DNA of 64,000 nt from Podarcis muralis (GCF_964188315.1 NC_135661.1:81778001-81842000), one strand, 5' to 3'. Shown: positions 37,305 to 50,299, counted from the first letter of the stretch. Made by a program: numbers and translations. Notes: generated by a model from the letters alone, not told the origin.

Positions 37305-37794
37305 AAGGCCACATCACAGGGTTTCTCAATGCTGCAGGCAGGACCTTGGTCTGGACGACCCTCCCCTGGGAGCCTTTTTGGCTGAAGAGTGGGGTACAGA
37401 CGCTCCAAATAAATAATATTTCATTTTCATTTACATTTAATGTTTATACCACCTTTCTATTTTACTATACCCGAGGCGGTTTTCAAGGAATGTACACCTT
37501 TGAAATATACTCAGAGTCTAGAGTGGATTTCATGCTCTTTATTCAGCTCATAGTGGTGAGGAGGAATGGAAGTTTCCCCACAATATCTGCTTTATATACA
37601 TTATTTACACAATGGGCTGCACGTGATTGGCTAATTCCGGGATTCTCCTGTAGGCCAATCAGGTTGTGGATTCACTTCCACCTGAAGCTGGATTGTGTGG
37701 CTCCTGCGGACCAATCATACTGCTGCATTGTTCTAGGACCAATCAGACTGCTGCATTTTGGATCCTATTCAACTCAGTACATAACAACCTTATA

Positions 37795-38600
37795 ACACAG
37801 ATGATACAACGGTGGTTGGTTTAATTACGGCTGGAGAGGGGGAGGCGGCCTATAGGAAGGAAGTTGAGCAGTTGGGGGAGTGGTGCAGGAAAAACAACTT
37901 ACTCCTTAACTTAAAGAAAACAAAAGAGATTATTGTGGACTGTAGGAAATGTAAATTGAATATTCAGCCACTTATTATTGAGGGGAAGTGCGTGGAACAG
38001 GTCTCGGTGTTTCGATTTCTGGGAATGGAGTTGAGAGATGACCTAACCTGGGGAGAAAACAGCAAAGACCTGATGAAGAGAGCACAGCAGAGGTTATATT
38101 TTCTGAGAATCCTCTGGAAAAACAATCTCTCAAAGGACCTGTTGATGGTATTTTACCATTGTACTGTGGAGAGTGTATTAACTTATGGTCTCTGTGTGTG
38201 GTTTGGGAGCTGCACAGCCAGGGAAAAAACAATGCTGTCCAGGGTTGTAAAGACTGCAGAGAGAATAATTGGGTGCACTCTTCCCACCTTGGATCAAATC
38301 TATGCTGTCAGGTGCCATAAGAAAGCTGCAGAGATAGCGCAGTATAGTGTGCACCCCAGAAATGATCTCTTTCAGCTTCTGCCTTCTGGAAGAAGGTATA
38401 GGGTTATAAAGATTAGGACTAGCCACCTGAGAAACAGTTTCTACGCAAATGCAATTCTGGTTCTAAATGCAGTATAAGAAGTCAATGTAGTATATTGCAT
38501 TTTAAAACGGGGTTTCAGAGTTTTTAGGGGATTTTGAATGTCTTATGTAGCTTTTTCAATTTCATTGTTCTGTGTGGGACAATGACAATAAAGATATTGT
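37795..38600 (+). mobile_element. Rex1/Babar-like LINE RT C-terminal fragment
   Basis: DDTTVVGLI...LNLKKTKEIIVD...AQQRLYFLR...FYHCTVESVLTYGLCVWFG (ORF 37812-38477). Confidence 0.85.
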
Positions 38601-39036
38601 AAAAATATCTAATCCAATACAAAAATGTGATAATAAAACATAACTTTGAAATAAGCAACTTATATCAAATAAAGTTATAGTCAACAATCCATTAGAACAG
38701 TGTGGAACATTAAATATCAGCATTTAAAAATTAAACAGAAACCCACTCTTGACAATTACAATAAATAATTTCTAAACCATCATCAATAAAAACAACGGCA
38801 AGTCACAGTGCATAAAATAATACAACTGAGAAGCAGAGACTGGAGGGCAAGGCAGGTGGAAAAGGCCTTGCCTGATGGACGGCATATTAATTTGTTCCAG
38901 TGAGCATACAGCTATTGGCCAAAGAATCACACCAAAAAGAAAGCCGGTTTAAAATGCACTGAGATAATGTACAGATGGGGAGAAATTGCAAATGCCTTAG
39001 CTGTCTTAGGTTTTCTTCCCTTCCCAGAGCTGTCCA

Positions 39037-39166
39037 NNNNNNNNNNNNNNNNNNNNNNNNNNNNNNNNNNNNNNNNNNNNNNNNNNNNNNNNNNNNNNNN
39101 NNNNNNNNNNNNNNNNNNNNNNNNNNNNNNNNNNNNNNNNNNNNNNNNNNNNNNNNNNNNNNNNNN
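39037..39166. other. Assembly gap (N)
   Basis: 130 N. Confidence 1.
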
Positions 39167-39732
39167 TTTCATTTTAATTCAATACACATATTCACAACAT
39201 CTCATTTGCTCAAAGTGAGCTTTGACTTCCTTCTACCTCTCTTTCTGACATCCCTATAGCCTATAACATATCTTTCGCATTCCCATAATCACTTCTTTAT
39301 CTATAATCACGTTAAGAAATCACATTCTTATTTATAAATCAGCATCATAATTTCACGTTACAGAACATTTCACGTTAATGCTACAGACGTTTTTAAATGA
39401 GTACAGTTTTCTTTCAAATAATAAATAAATTTGCTCCAGTCCTTTTGATATTTTTCTTCGGGCCGATTCCTGATTCTCCCCGTCAGCTTCGCCAACTCCA
39501 CAAATTCTACCCTTTTTATTCTCCAGTTTTCCAATGTAGGGAGTTCTTGCTACTTCCACCTTTGAGCCAAGAGGATTCTCACTGCCGTTGTGGCATACAT
39601 AAATAAATTTACATCTTTTTTATTAATTTCTTCATCACTTAGCCCTAATAAGAATGCCTCTGGTTTTTTGCTAAAGTTATATTTTAATTTTTTTTTAATT
39701 CATTGTAAATAATGTCCCTGGGACACTGGGAC

Positions 39733-39767
<35 letters not shown>

Positions 39768-40303
39768 CTCTCCTTTAAATCTGCCTTGGACCTGCGGTTC
39801 CTGGAGCGCCTTGCAAACCTCAAGTTCCCATTGGCTGGGCACTGCTCATGCATGCAAATCTTTGACAACTTCTGCCCAATGCCAGTGGCATCAAAATGCC
39901 AACTAGCCTTGCCCCGCCCCCAACATTTTAATCCAATTTTTAAATATCATTTGTGATATTACCCCCCAAAATTCTGGGTGCAGGTCACCAAGACATTCCT
40001 TGTGGTCTGTAGGATCAACGACAGACATTTCGATCCCGAATCACAATAAATGTTTATTGAATCAGAGGTACGGGCTGCAAAGGCAAGTTGAACATCGTCC
40101 GGCTTCGATAGATGCACCAATTAAAAGCCGATGGTTCCTAAAATGAGGAAGCACAGCACACAATTTGAGGAAAGCTGAGGTTTCTGTGCTTCGTGACATC
40201 AGCTGCTCACTCTCATTACAAAAATCAACGAGGCAATTTTTTTAGGAAGCTGGTGCTCAGAAACCTGGTCTGAGACCATGTACTGAGAATCCTTAAAGGC
40301 ACA

Positions 40304-40838
40304 TTGTTGTTGTTTAGTCGTTTAGTCGTGTCCGACTCTTCGTGACCCCATGGACCAGAGCACGCCAGGCACTCCTGTCTTCCACTGCCTCCCGCAGTTT
40401 GGTCAAACTCATGTTGGTAGCTTCGAGAACACTGTCCAGCCATCTCGTCATCAGTTGTCCCCTTCTCCTTGTGCCCTCCATCTTTCCCAGCATCAGGGTC
40501 TTTTCCAGGGAGTCTTCTCTTCTCATGAGGTGGCCAAAGTATTGGAGCCTCAGCTTCAGAATCTGTCCTTCCAGTGAGCACTCAGGGCTGATTTCCCTAA
40601 GAATGGATCAGTTTGATCTTCTTGCAGTCCATGGGACTCTCAAGAGTCTCCTCCAGCACCATAATTCAAAAGCATCAATTCTTCGGCGATCAGCCTTCTT
40701 GATGGTCCAGCTCTCACTTCCATACATCACTACTGGGAAAACCATAGCTTTTACTATACGGACCTTTGTTGGCAAGGTGATGTCTCTACTTTTTAAGATG
40801 CTGTCTAGGTTTGTCATTGTCATTTCTTTTCTCCCAAC
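40304..40838 (-). mobile_element. Bov-B (RTE) LINE 3' fragment fused to the U2 fragment
   Basis: RT C-terminal VFPVVMYGSESWTIKK...WCWRRLLRVPW; (CAA)n tail; TSD AAAGGCACA at 40295-40303 and 40921-40929. Confidence 0.92.
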
Positions 40839-40856
40839 AAAAAATTAGTCCTCAAA

Positions 40857-40921
40857 TATCAGATATTAAACTGATAAGAACAGATACTACACTTGATCTT
40901 AGCCAAAAAGCCGAGAAGCGA
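40857..40921 (-). pseudogene. RNU2: U2 snRNA 5' fragment (nt ~2-66), retrocopy
   Basis: Minus strand reads TCGCTTCTCGGCTTTTTGGCTAAGATCAAGTGTAGTATCTGTTCTTATCAGTTTAATATCTGATA, one mismatch to the U2 sequence I recall. Confidence 0.93.
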
Positions 40922-40968
40922 AAGGCACACTGGGAGTCTCTAAAAGATAGAAAAAGGGGAAATCTTTC

Positions 40969-41267
40969 CTAATTATGGACTGTTTCATGTCTCAGAGGTC
41001 TTTCTGTTTTCAGTTTATAAGTTCCAGAGTCGCTTGGCCTTAAATCTATGATGGGAAGAGAGCAGTTTGAGGCCCCCAGCTTCCCTCCCAGTGAAGGCAG
41101 ATCCAATTCTCTGTGCAGAAAGTGGATGTAGGAAATAGATAACGATCTTGTTTTTCTCCAGCTACAGACACTCATTTTCTTCAGATTTATACTTCCTGGT
41201 GTTAAAGCGATGCTCTGTCCTTCAGTTGGCTTCTCTGGTTCAGCTGTGATGGGTATTTCAGCCGAAG
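40969..41267 (-). pseudogene. Orphan CEACAM-like IgV N exon with two compensating frameshifts and no splice donor
   Basis: Acceptor CACAG|CT; GQSIALTP...VCSW and NCSLPIIDLRPSDSGTY in one frame, KNKIVIYFLHPLSAQRIGSAFTGRE in a shifted frame; ends at TAG. Confidence 0.75.
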
Positions 41268-41339
41268 CTGTGGCATGTGTGAAGAAAGACGATCCTTTCA
41301 ACATGCGACCCCTTTCCAAGCAATAACAATAGATGCTAA

Positions 41340-41870
41340 CTGTTTAATATTGTAGAATTTAAACCATTTGGGGTGTTTTATCAATAGAGGTTTATATAGG
41401 ACCCACGTACCTACAGGACCGCCTCTCCCGGTATGCCCCGTGGAGGACCTTAAGGTCCACAAATTACAACATTTTGGAGGTCCCAAGTCGCAAGGTGGTT
41501 AGACTGGTCACAACTTAAGACAGGGCCTTTTCAGTACTGGCCCCGACATGGTGGAACGCTCTGTCACAAGAGAACAGGGCCCTGCAGGACTTGACATCTT
41601 TCCGCAGGGCCTGCAAGACAGAGCTGTTGTGCCTGGCCATTGGTTTGGACTCAGTCTGACCCTTATGTTTTCCCTTTCCTTATGGTTTTGATCTATGGGT
41701 TACTTTTAAAATGAGGCTGCATTTTAAATTGCATTTTAACCTGTATTTTAAATTGGTTTCCCCCCATTATGATTTTACTGTAATTTTACTGGTGTTAGCT
41801 GCCCTGAGCCCAGTTCTGGCCGGGGAGGGTGGGGTATAAATAAAATTTGTTGTTGTTGTTGTTGTTGTTG
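41340..41870 (+). mobile_element. L2-clade LINE 3' fragment
   Basis: Reverse-complement match to 30760-31200. Confidence 0.78.
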
Positions 41871-41948
41871 TTATATACTTTTTTGTGAACGAGTGAAAAA
41901 AGGTTATTAGTTTTCTTGTGTTTTGTAAACTGTTAAAAGAAATGTGAA

Positions 41949-42025
<77 letters not shown>

Positions 42026-42029
42026 CTGA

Positions 42030-42610
42030 TAATTTAGGGAGTTGGATTGGAATCTCCTTGTCGTTGCTGCTCAAATTTTACTAGCCCAAAAGTGGAAAAC
42101 ACAAGAATTACCAACGGTGGAAGAATGGCAGATGAAGATGATGGACTTCATGGAGCTAGCGAACCTTACTGGAAGAATCCGTGACCAGAAAGAAGAGGAA
42201 TACCAAGAAGATTGGAGGAAATCTAAAGACTATTTGCATAAATATTGTAATATTAAAAATTAGAAGTTACGTGAAAGTACTAAATAGGCCTAGGGTTAAA
42301 TTATGATTCATTTAAATAAATGGGATTTAGAACATTAAGAAAAGTGAAGAAATTTGATTATAACTGGAATATTGTGTGTTAATAATGATATTGGAAAACT
42401 GTTACATTCAGACACAAGGAAATTAAGAAGGGAGGGATTTGAGGAAGTCAATTAATATGTTGATAAGATTGGATTTTTAAATAACTAAGATTGTTTCTGT
42501 GGTTTATGTGTTGATTGTTATCTGTTATCTTTTTCTTCTTCTTTATTTTTTGTCTTTTGTCTTTTTTGTTGTAGAGTGTGTTATAATTGTATAAAATTTA
42601 ATAAAAATTA
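42030..42610 (+). mobile_element. L1-clade LINE 3' fragment
   Basis: LLAQKWKTQELPTVEEWQMKMMDFMELANLTGRI. Confidence 0.8.
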
Positions 42611-43007
42611 TTGGGGGGGGAGGAATCTCCTTGTCGCTGACCAAAACCAACTGCCCCCACCTCCAAAATGGCAAAAAGTTCTGGCTTGGTGTACAAATGT
42701 ATAGCCTGCCTTTCAGAAGAACCTCCCCAGACAGGACCACTCTACCCCAGTCACACACTGCTCCCTGTGGCTCAGTCCTCTGCTTTGTGACCTCTTCCGG
42801 TTACCAGGGAGCTTCACACTGCTGCAGGGTGAAGGAGTGGGGTGGAGGGGAGAAGAGGGGAGCTATGGATGAAGCACCCTGGGCCTAGGAGGACAGCCTG
42901 GGGTGGGTGGGGAGTGGGTGGGCTCAGCTGGGGGCCCCAGCCGCTGGCGGCAACAAGCACGGGAGGAACCTAGGCAACCAGCTGGACACAAAGGCCACCT
43001 TCCCAGG

Positions 43008-43119
43008 ATGTTCAAGCTCTTCCCATCTCCAAGAGGGGCGGGAACATCATGTGGACAGTGCCCAAAAGGTGGTGCTTCCTGTGGCCATGGGAGATCCTGG
43101 GCCCTGGTGATTCTAGCAG
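43008..43119 (+). CDS. Gene D exon 1 (37-aa leader) MFKLFPSPRG...GRSWALVILA
   Basis: Donor GCAG|GTGAGA, phase 1; same length as and alignable to the gene E leader. Confidence 0.75.
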
Positions 43120-46100
43120 GTGAGAGTTTATTTGGGACTCCGTGGGGAGGCACTAAGATCTAAAATTGCCCTTTCGAGGTGATGTAATTCTTTTGCTGTC
43201 TCGGTACAACCCCAAAATCCTGACATCATGGTGCAACAATACAACTGTTCTTTGAAATATGTAAAGAGGATATAATGTTCCCCTTTGTTGTTGTTTAGTC
43301 ATTTAGTCGTGTCCAACTCTTCGTGACCCCGTGGACCAGAGCACTCCAGGCCCTCCTGTCTTCCACTGCCTCCCGCAGTTTGGTCAAACTCATGCTGGTA
43401 GCTTCGAGAACACTGTCCAACCATCTCGTCCTCTGTCGTCCCCTTCTCCTTGTGCCCTCCATCTTTCCCAACATCAGGGTCTTTTCCAGGGAGTCTTCTC
43501 TTCTCATGAGCTGGCCAAAGTATTGGAGCCTTAATTTCAGGATCTGACCTTCCAATGAGCACTCAGGGCTGATTTCCTTAAGAATGGATAGGTTTGATCT
43601 TCTTGCAGTCCATGGGACTCTCAAGAGTCTCCTCCAGCACCATAGTTCAAAAGCATCAATTCTTCGGCGATCAGCCTTCTTGATGGTCCAGCTCTCACTT
43701 CCATACATCACTACTGGGAAAACCCTAGCTTGAACTATACGGACCTTTGTTGGCAAGGTGATGTTTCTGACATGTTCCCCTTACTAACCCCTTTTCCCAG
43801 GGGTGCAACTTTGTCAGACCTTCCTCATAGAACTCATAGTTGGAATGGGACCTGAGGATCATCTAGTCCAACCCCACCTGATTCTTGTTCTTCCCCTGGT
43901 GTTTACCTTTCCCTCCTCTTCCTCATTACACCCTGCACTTCAGTGGAAAAGTACTCCCAGCCTCTGTAGTCCCTGCCCTTAAATGTTACGATCCAAAATA
44001 CATGGAATGAAAGGAAAGGGCATTGAGAGGGTGGAGGAAAAGAACAAACTCCGGTACTGATCCTAAGTTAAATGCTCGGTTAGCTCCCAACCAACCGCTT
44101 TCTCAGAAGTGACTGTACCATAGCCAGTGCTGACCATATCGGTGCTGGGAGTGGGGGAGTCGGGGAACGTCCTTCTCAAACCCACCAAAGAAGGGGCTAC
44201 AGTCACATCAGACCCTCCATGGGAGGCATGCTCTCCATGACACAACCCCTTGCAGAGCAGATGGACCTGCCATTGTGGGCTAGTCATAGCGGCCACTTTC
44301 TTGGGCTCCATGATCACTCCAGATGGTGACAGCAGTCACAAAATTAAAAGACGCCTGCTTCCTGGGAGAAAAGCAATGACAAACCTAGATAGCATCTTAA
44401 AAAGCAGAGACATCACCTTGCCAACAAAGGTCCGTGAGGGCACAAGGAGAAGGGGATGACAGAGGATGAGATGGTTGGACAGTGTTCTCAAAGCTACCAG
44501 CATGTGTCTGACCAAACTGTGGGAGGCAGTGGAAGACAGGAGTGCCTGGCATGCTCTGGTCCACGGGGTCACGAAGAGTCGGACATGACTAAATGACTAA
44601 ACAACAACATAGCAGCCATGGGGGCTTTGCCATAAAATATTTGAGGGGGCTTCCCCCAAAAAAACTGATGGGTACTGCCATTCAAAAGCTTTGTGTGTGC
44701 TGCGTCATGTGATCGACTCTGTGGGGCAGGACTTACTGTATTTTCCCGTATATAACACGCCCCCGTGTATAACACAACACCTATTTTTTGGGACTCCAAT
44801 TAAGAAAATGGGGGGAGATTGCCCAGAGGGTATTTTTTTTGTTTTTTGTTTTGCTTTGGGGGGGGGTGCCCAGACTGGTTGAGCTTTTTGGGGGGCAGAT
44901 TGCCAACAATCACTCACCCGCCTGACCTGCCTGACTGCAGCTGTCAATCGCACGCCTTGCAAAAAAACAACAATCGTCTGCCCAATCCAGCAGCCTTGAA
45001 AATAAGGGATCAGCAGCCAAAATAAGGGATTTTAGTCAACCAGCTGAAATACGAAGTTAAAAGGGACCAGATAATTTGGGAGAGCAGTGCCGGTTTTTAG
45101 CCCTTTGTTTCCAGAGGTTGCTGCTCAAGACACCAGCTGATGAAACGCTGCAATTAAATAACTACAAGCGGCAACCACTTTTTCGCGCAAAACGAGGTCC
45201 AAGCTACAAAGATGCTGATGCAGTTCTGTATCTTTTCTCTTGTGCTCAATCTGCAGCTCTCAGTTCCATCAGGCAGGGCGGGAGGAGGGGGGGGGGAATA
45301 GCGCCCGAAGTAAACCCGCAGATCAGACCATCTATGCTAGTCTACCACTACAAATCTATGGGAGAAGCACTTGTGGTCCTTCCTCCTCTTTCCCCCTCTA
45401 TGGTTAGCCCTTGGAACACCTGCCCACGCCTCCGCCTCCTCTCTCTGAACTGCTTTCTCTATGGTTGCCCTCGCTCTCCTCTCAAGGCTCCTCAGCAATG
45501 GCTGCCCATCTCATCCGGGTCCTTCGGCAGCGCAGCCGCAGTTCGGCCTAGCGGGAGCCGCGGCGGCGATGGGCAGAGGGGAGGCCCCAGGCAGAGACGC
45601 TCAGTTCAGCAGCCGCAAGGAGGATGGCGGCGGAAGGGCCCGAGGCTCCCGCCAGACCTGGCTGAGAGGGGCTCCCGGGGGCCGAGGCTGGTGAGAGGAG
45701 GCTGGAGGGGGGCGGGCCAGACAGCCAAGCAACACAGTTGGAGCCTCCCTCCTCCCCCTTTTTTTTAAATAAATTTTTTATTGATTTTCCAACATAAAAT
45801 AAACACAATACACTTCACAATACACCAACAAACAAAAGACATATAAACACGTATAATTTCATAACCTCCTTTTCTTAAGCTTGTTTCGCCGACTTCCCCA
45901 TGCCTCCCTTTTCTGCATCCCTATTTTAAGATTTTCTCAGCAACCCCTCACTTCATTAACATATTTGTTCGCTTTCTTTAATCCTACCTCTCTTACCCAA
46001 TCATTTACAGCTGTAATTCTATTTTTTCCAATACCCTTGACATTTTAACACTCATTAATTTTATAACAATTCTTAAGATAATCTTTGTACTTCTTCCAGT

Positions 46101-49100
46101 CTTCTTCCCCTGTCTCTTTTCCTTGGTCACGGATTCTGCCAGTCATCTCAGCCAGTCCCATGTAGTCAGGAGCCTCCCTCCTCCCTGGCCGGCAGGGAGG
46201 GAGGAAGAGGAGCTGCTTTCTTTGAAACCCAGGAAATTTAAGGGACATCATCAATAAGGAACAGCAGCGGGACACGGCGCTGGGATAAGGGAGTTTCCCG
46301 CCAAATAAGGGACAGTTGACAGCTATGGCCCAATCGCCACCAGCAAACACAAATCACTTCCCAATTGCCACCACAACAGCCAATCCCAAACAGCCCTTGG
46401 CGCATACATCAATCACCCGCCCAATCGCCACTGTATATCTCCTGCTCGCGGCTGCAAACAATCTCCCGTCACCGTCCCCAGCAACTCTGGGCGGCTTCCA
46501 ACAAAGATTAAAAATACATTAAAATATCACACATTAAAAACTTCCCTGAACAGCGATGCCTTCAGATGCCTTCTAAAAGTAAAGTACTTGTTTATTTCTT
46601 TGACATCTGATGGGAGGGCGTTCCACAGGGCAGGCACCACTGCCGAGAAGGCCCTCTGCCTGGTTCCCTGTCGCTTTGCAGTGAGGGAACCACCAGAAGG
46701 CCCTCGGCAGAATAGAATGGTATGATCCAATATAAGAGTTTTTTCCTATGTCACTTTCTAGAACTGACTGAGGCTGGATCTATACAGATTGGGGAAAAAC
46801 TCTATAGGGGAAAAAACGCTAGAAAAGCTCTTAATGGAAAATCCCTTTGGCGATGGATTGCTGCTCTGCAGCGCCATCTGGTGCCACATGTTTATAACGC
46901 AGTTATAACATTATAATTGTCAAGTGTAGCCCTGCCCTGACTGTCTCTTCTCTGCCCCATCACCTCTAGGTCATATCTTGAGTTCATGTTTCCTGTTGAC
47001 GCAAGCTGTTCAGAATATCACCATTGATGTCAGCCTAGACCCAGAATTCCCCCTGGTAGGGCAGGATGTCACCTTCGTCCCCAAAGGGCTTATGATAGAC
47101 GTCATCTCCTGCCTGTGGACAAAAGGGGAAAAGGATGAATCTTTCCCCATCTTCCTCTATCACCCACCCCCAAAAGCTGCATTCTACCCTAAAGCAGCCT
47201 ATGATGGACGCCAGACGCCAAGCTTCGATTGCTCCATGCACATCCGGAACGTAACATTCGACGACATTGGCCTCTATGAAATATTCAAGACTAGAAAGAT
47301 TGCTAATGAAGTGGGTGAGGCCTTCTTACTGGTCACAGGTAAGGACTGGGAACCGGGGGAAGAAATCTGACTCAGCTCACATTTATGATAAGTAAAGGTA
47401 AAGGGACCCCTGACCATTAGGTCCAGTCGTGGCCGACTCTGGGGTTGTGGCGCTCATCTCGCTTTATTGGCCGAGGGAGCCGGCATACAGCTTCTGGGTC
47501 ATGTGGCCAGCATGGCTAAGCTGCTTCTGGCGAACCAGAGCAGCGCACGGAAACACCGTTTACCTTCCCGCCAGAGTGGTACCTATTTATCTACTTGCAC
47601 TTTGATGTGCTTTCGAACTGCTAGGATGGCAGGAGCAGGGACTAAGCAACAGGAGCTCACCCCGTTGTGGGGATTCGAACCGCCGACCTTCTGATCGGCA
47701 AGTCCTAGGCTCTGTGTTTAACCTGGAAGGTGGAGCGAGCTTGTCTTCTCCTGCTCCGGAGGGTAGGACTTAAACCAAGAGCTTCAAGTTACAAGAAAGA
47801 AGATCCCGACTAAACATCAGGGAGAACTTCCTGGCAGTAAGAGCTGTTTGACAGTGGAATGGTCTCCCACTGGAGATTGTGGGCTCTCCTCCCTTGGAGG
47901 TTTGTAAGCAAAGGTTGGATGTCCACCTGTCATGGATGCTTCAGCTGATATTCCTGTATTGCAGGGGGTTGGACTGGATAACCCTTGGTGGTCCCTCCCA
48001 TCTATACGATTCCATGCAAACTTAACCTGATTCTCACTTGCCAAAGCAATGTAGCTTTGACAATTTGGAGCAAGGAGTTTGTGATCCTTCCTTTTCCTCA
48101 TTCTCACGGTTGCCTTTCCTTGTCTCCACAGAAGAAAAGACTCCAGAGCTGAGAAAGCCTAGAAGTCTAACTTCTGGAGCTATCGCAGGGCTCGCTTTTG
48201 GCTGCATTGTGGGAGCGATTCTTTTGGGGGTTATGCTGATAACTCTCCTGACATTGTTAAATTCTACAAGGTGATGCTTTCTCCTCCTCCTCCCCCTCCT
48301 CCTTCTCTTCCCTTCGCTTATCNNNNNNNNNNNNNNNNNNNNNNNNNNNNNNNNNNNNNNNNNNNNNNNNNNNNNNNNNNNNNNNNNNNNNNNNNNNNNN
48401 NNNNNNNNNNNNNNNNNNNNNNNNNNNNNNNNNNNNNNNNNNNNNNNNNNNNNNNNNNNNNNNNNNNNNNNNNNNNNNNNNNNNNNNNNNNNNNNNNNNN
48501 NNNNNNNNNNNNNNNNNNNNNNNNNNNNNNNNNNNNNNNNNNNNNNNNNNNNNNNNNNNNNNNNNNNNNNNNNNNNNNNNNNNNNNNNNNNNNNNNNNNN
48601 NNNNNNNNNNNNNNNNNNNNNNNNNNNNNNNNNNNNNNNNNNNNNNNNNNNNNNNNNNNNNNNNNNNNNNNNNNNNNNNNNNNNNNNNNNNNNNNNNNNN
48701 NNNNNNNNNNNNNNNNNNNNNNNNNNNNNNNNNNNNNNNNNNNNNNNNNNNNNNNNNNNNNNNNNNNNNNNNNNNNNNNNNNNNNNNNNNNNNNNNNNNN
48801 NNNNNNNNNNNNNNNNNNNNNNNNNNNNNNNNNNNNNNNNNNTCTTGCATAAGTCTTGAGGGGGCTAACCAAAAATGTAAAAGTTGTATGCAAAATGACT
48901 AAAAAAAATTGAAATGGAAGGAGAATCAGAGGGATAGGAGGGGTCAGATATTGAATACGGCCTGAGCAGCAGCAGTAGGAGGAGATCCAATAGATCAGCT
49001 GATCCCAAAAGCCTTCCTGAAGAGCCAAGTTTTTGAGCAGCATACGAATGGCCCATGTGGGCACTGGGTCATCCTAAAGAGCTGGTGCCTACACAAGAGG

Positions 49101-50299
49101 CACTGCTTTTCTACAATGTGTATATATCAGGCAAAATCCCATAGCTCAGTCAGTAGAGCATGTGTCTCTTAATCTTAGGGTTGTGGGTTCGAGTCCCAGG
49201 TTGGGTGAAAGATTCCTGCATTTCAAGGGGTTGGACTAGTTGACCCCCATGGTCTCTTCCAGCTCTGCAAATCTGTGATTCTGTGAATTTCTGTACGAAA
49301 TGTCTGTATTAGGAGAAAGTCGCTGATGAATTCTCATGAGGATTTAAAAATGAACAAATCACAAACTGATATGGAAATATGGGGGGGGGGGGGTGAGAAA
49401 CTGGGAGAAAGCCCAATTGCTCGTGCACTTGCATTCTCATGGGTTGTCTCCACATGAGAAACCACCAGCTTTCTGGCTTTCAAAGAGGTTTAGACAAATT
49501 CATGGAGGTTATCAATGGCTACCAGCCATCATGGCTCTCCTCTGTCTTCATGGTCAGAGGCACCAATGATTCTGAATACCAGTTTCCAGAAACCACAGGA
49601 GGGGAGAGTTGCTCTTGTGCTCGGATCCTGCTCGTGGGTTTCCCACAGGCATCTGGGTGTGAGAAAAGGATGGTGGACTAGATGAGCCATTGGCCTCATC
49701 CAGCAGCCTCCTTGGACGTTCCCGTGTCCTGAAGATGTATCTCATCAACCCACCAATGTTGAATAGACCCTGGGGAGGGGAGTTGAATGACAACGGTAGC
49801 ATCTCACGCCAAAACATTGAATGAGGTGTCCCCAGAAGGCAAATTAAGCACCAGAGAGGCTCAGTGAACAGGAGAAAACAGAGCCCCAGTCAAATAAGGG
49901 ACATGGAAGTTTTCTAAAGAAGCGTCCATCTTTGACACAATGGAGAAGCGCCAAACTTCTCCCTCCTAAACTCTTTGATCCTTTTCCCTGTTTCTTTAGC
50001 GATGACTCGGACCCCACCGTGGTAACCATCATGCCTTCTACAGGACGGTAAGTAGCAAACCTACAGGGTGGAGCCTGAAATCTCTCTTTTTGGAGAAAAC
50101 CAGATTTTTGTCTCCAAAAACCGCAAACTACATAAGTTAAGATGTCTTCTAAAAGTTAAGAACGACATAACTTTTAGAAGACATCTGAAGGCAGCCCTGT
50201 ATCAGGACTTTTTAAAATGTTTGATGCTTTATTATGTTTTATATATTCTGATAGCTGCCCAGAATGGCTGGGGAAACCCAGCTAGATCGGCGGGGTATA

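Noticed and set aside
37812-38477. 221-aa host protein
   Set aside because: It is the RT C-terminus of a Rex1/Babar-like LINE; likewise ORFs at 52512, 43295, 54945 and 30432 are L1, Bov-B or L2 remnants.
40857-40921. Functional U2 snRNA gene
   Set aside because: Only the 5' third is present, fused to Bov-B and flanked by a TSD.
45569-45690. Leader exon of gene D
   Set aside because: Wrong phase and not hydrophobic; 43008-43119 fits far better and matches the gene E leader.
48257-49064. Long ORFs in the track spanning poly-X
   Set aside because: Artefacts of N gaps (also at ~27.6 kb and ~39 kb).
49137-49210. Functional tRNA-Lys gene
   Set aside because: Mismatched stems and direct continuation into a CR1-type tail identify it as a SINE head.
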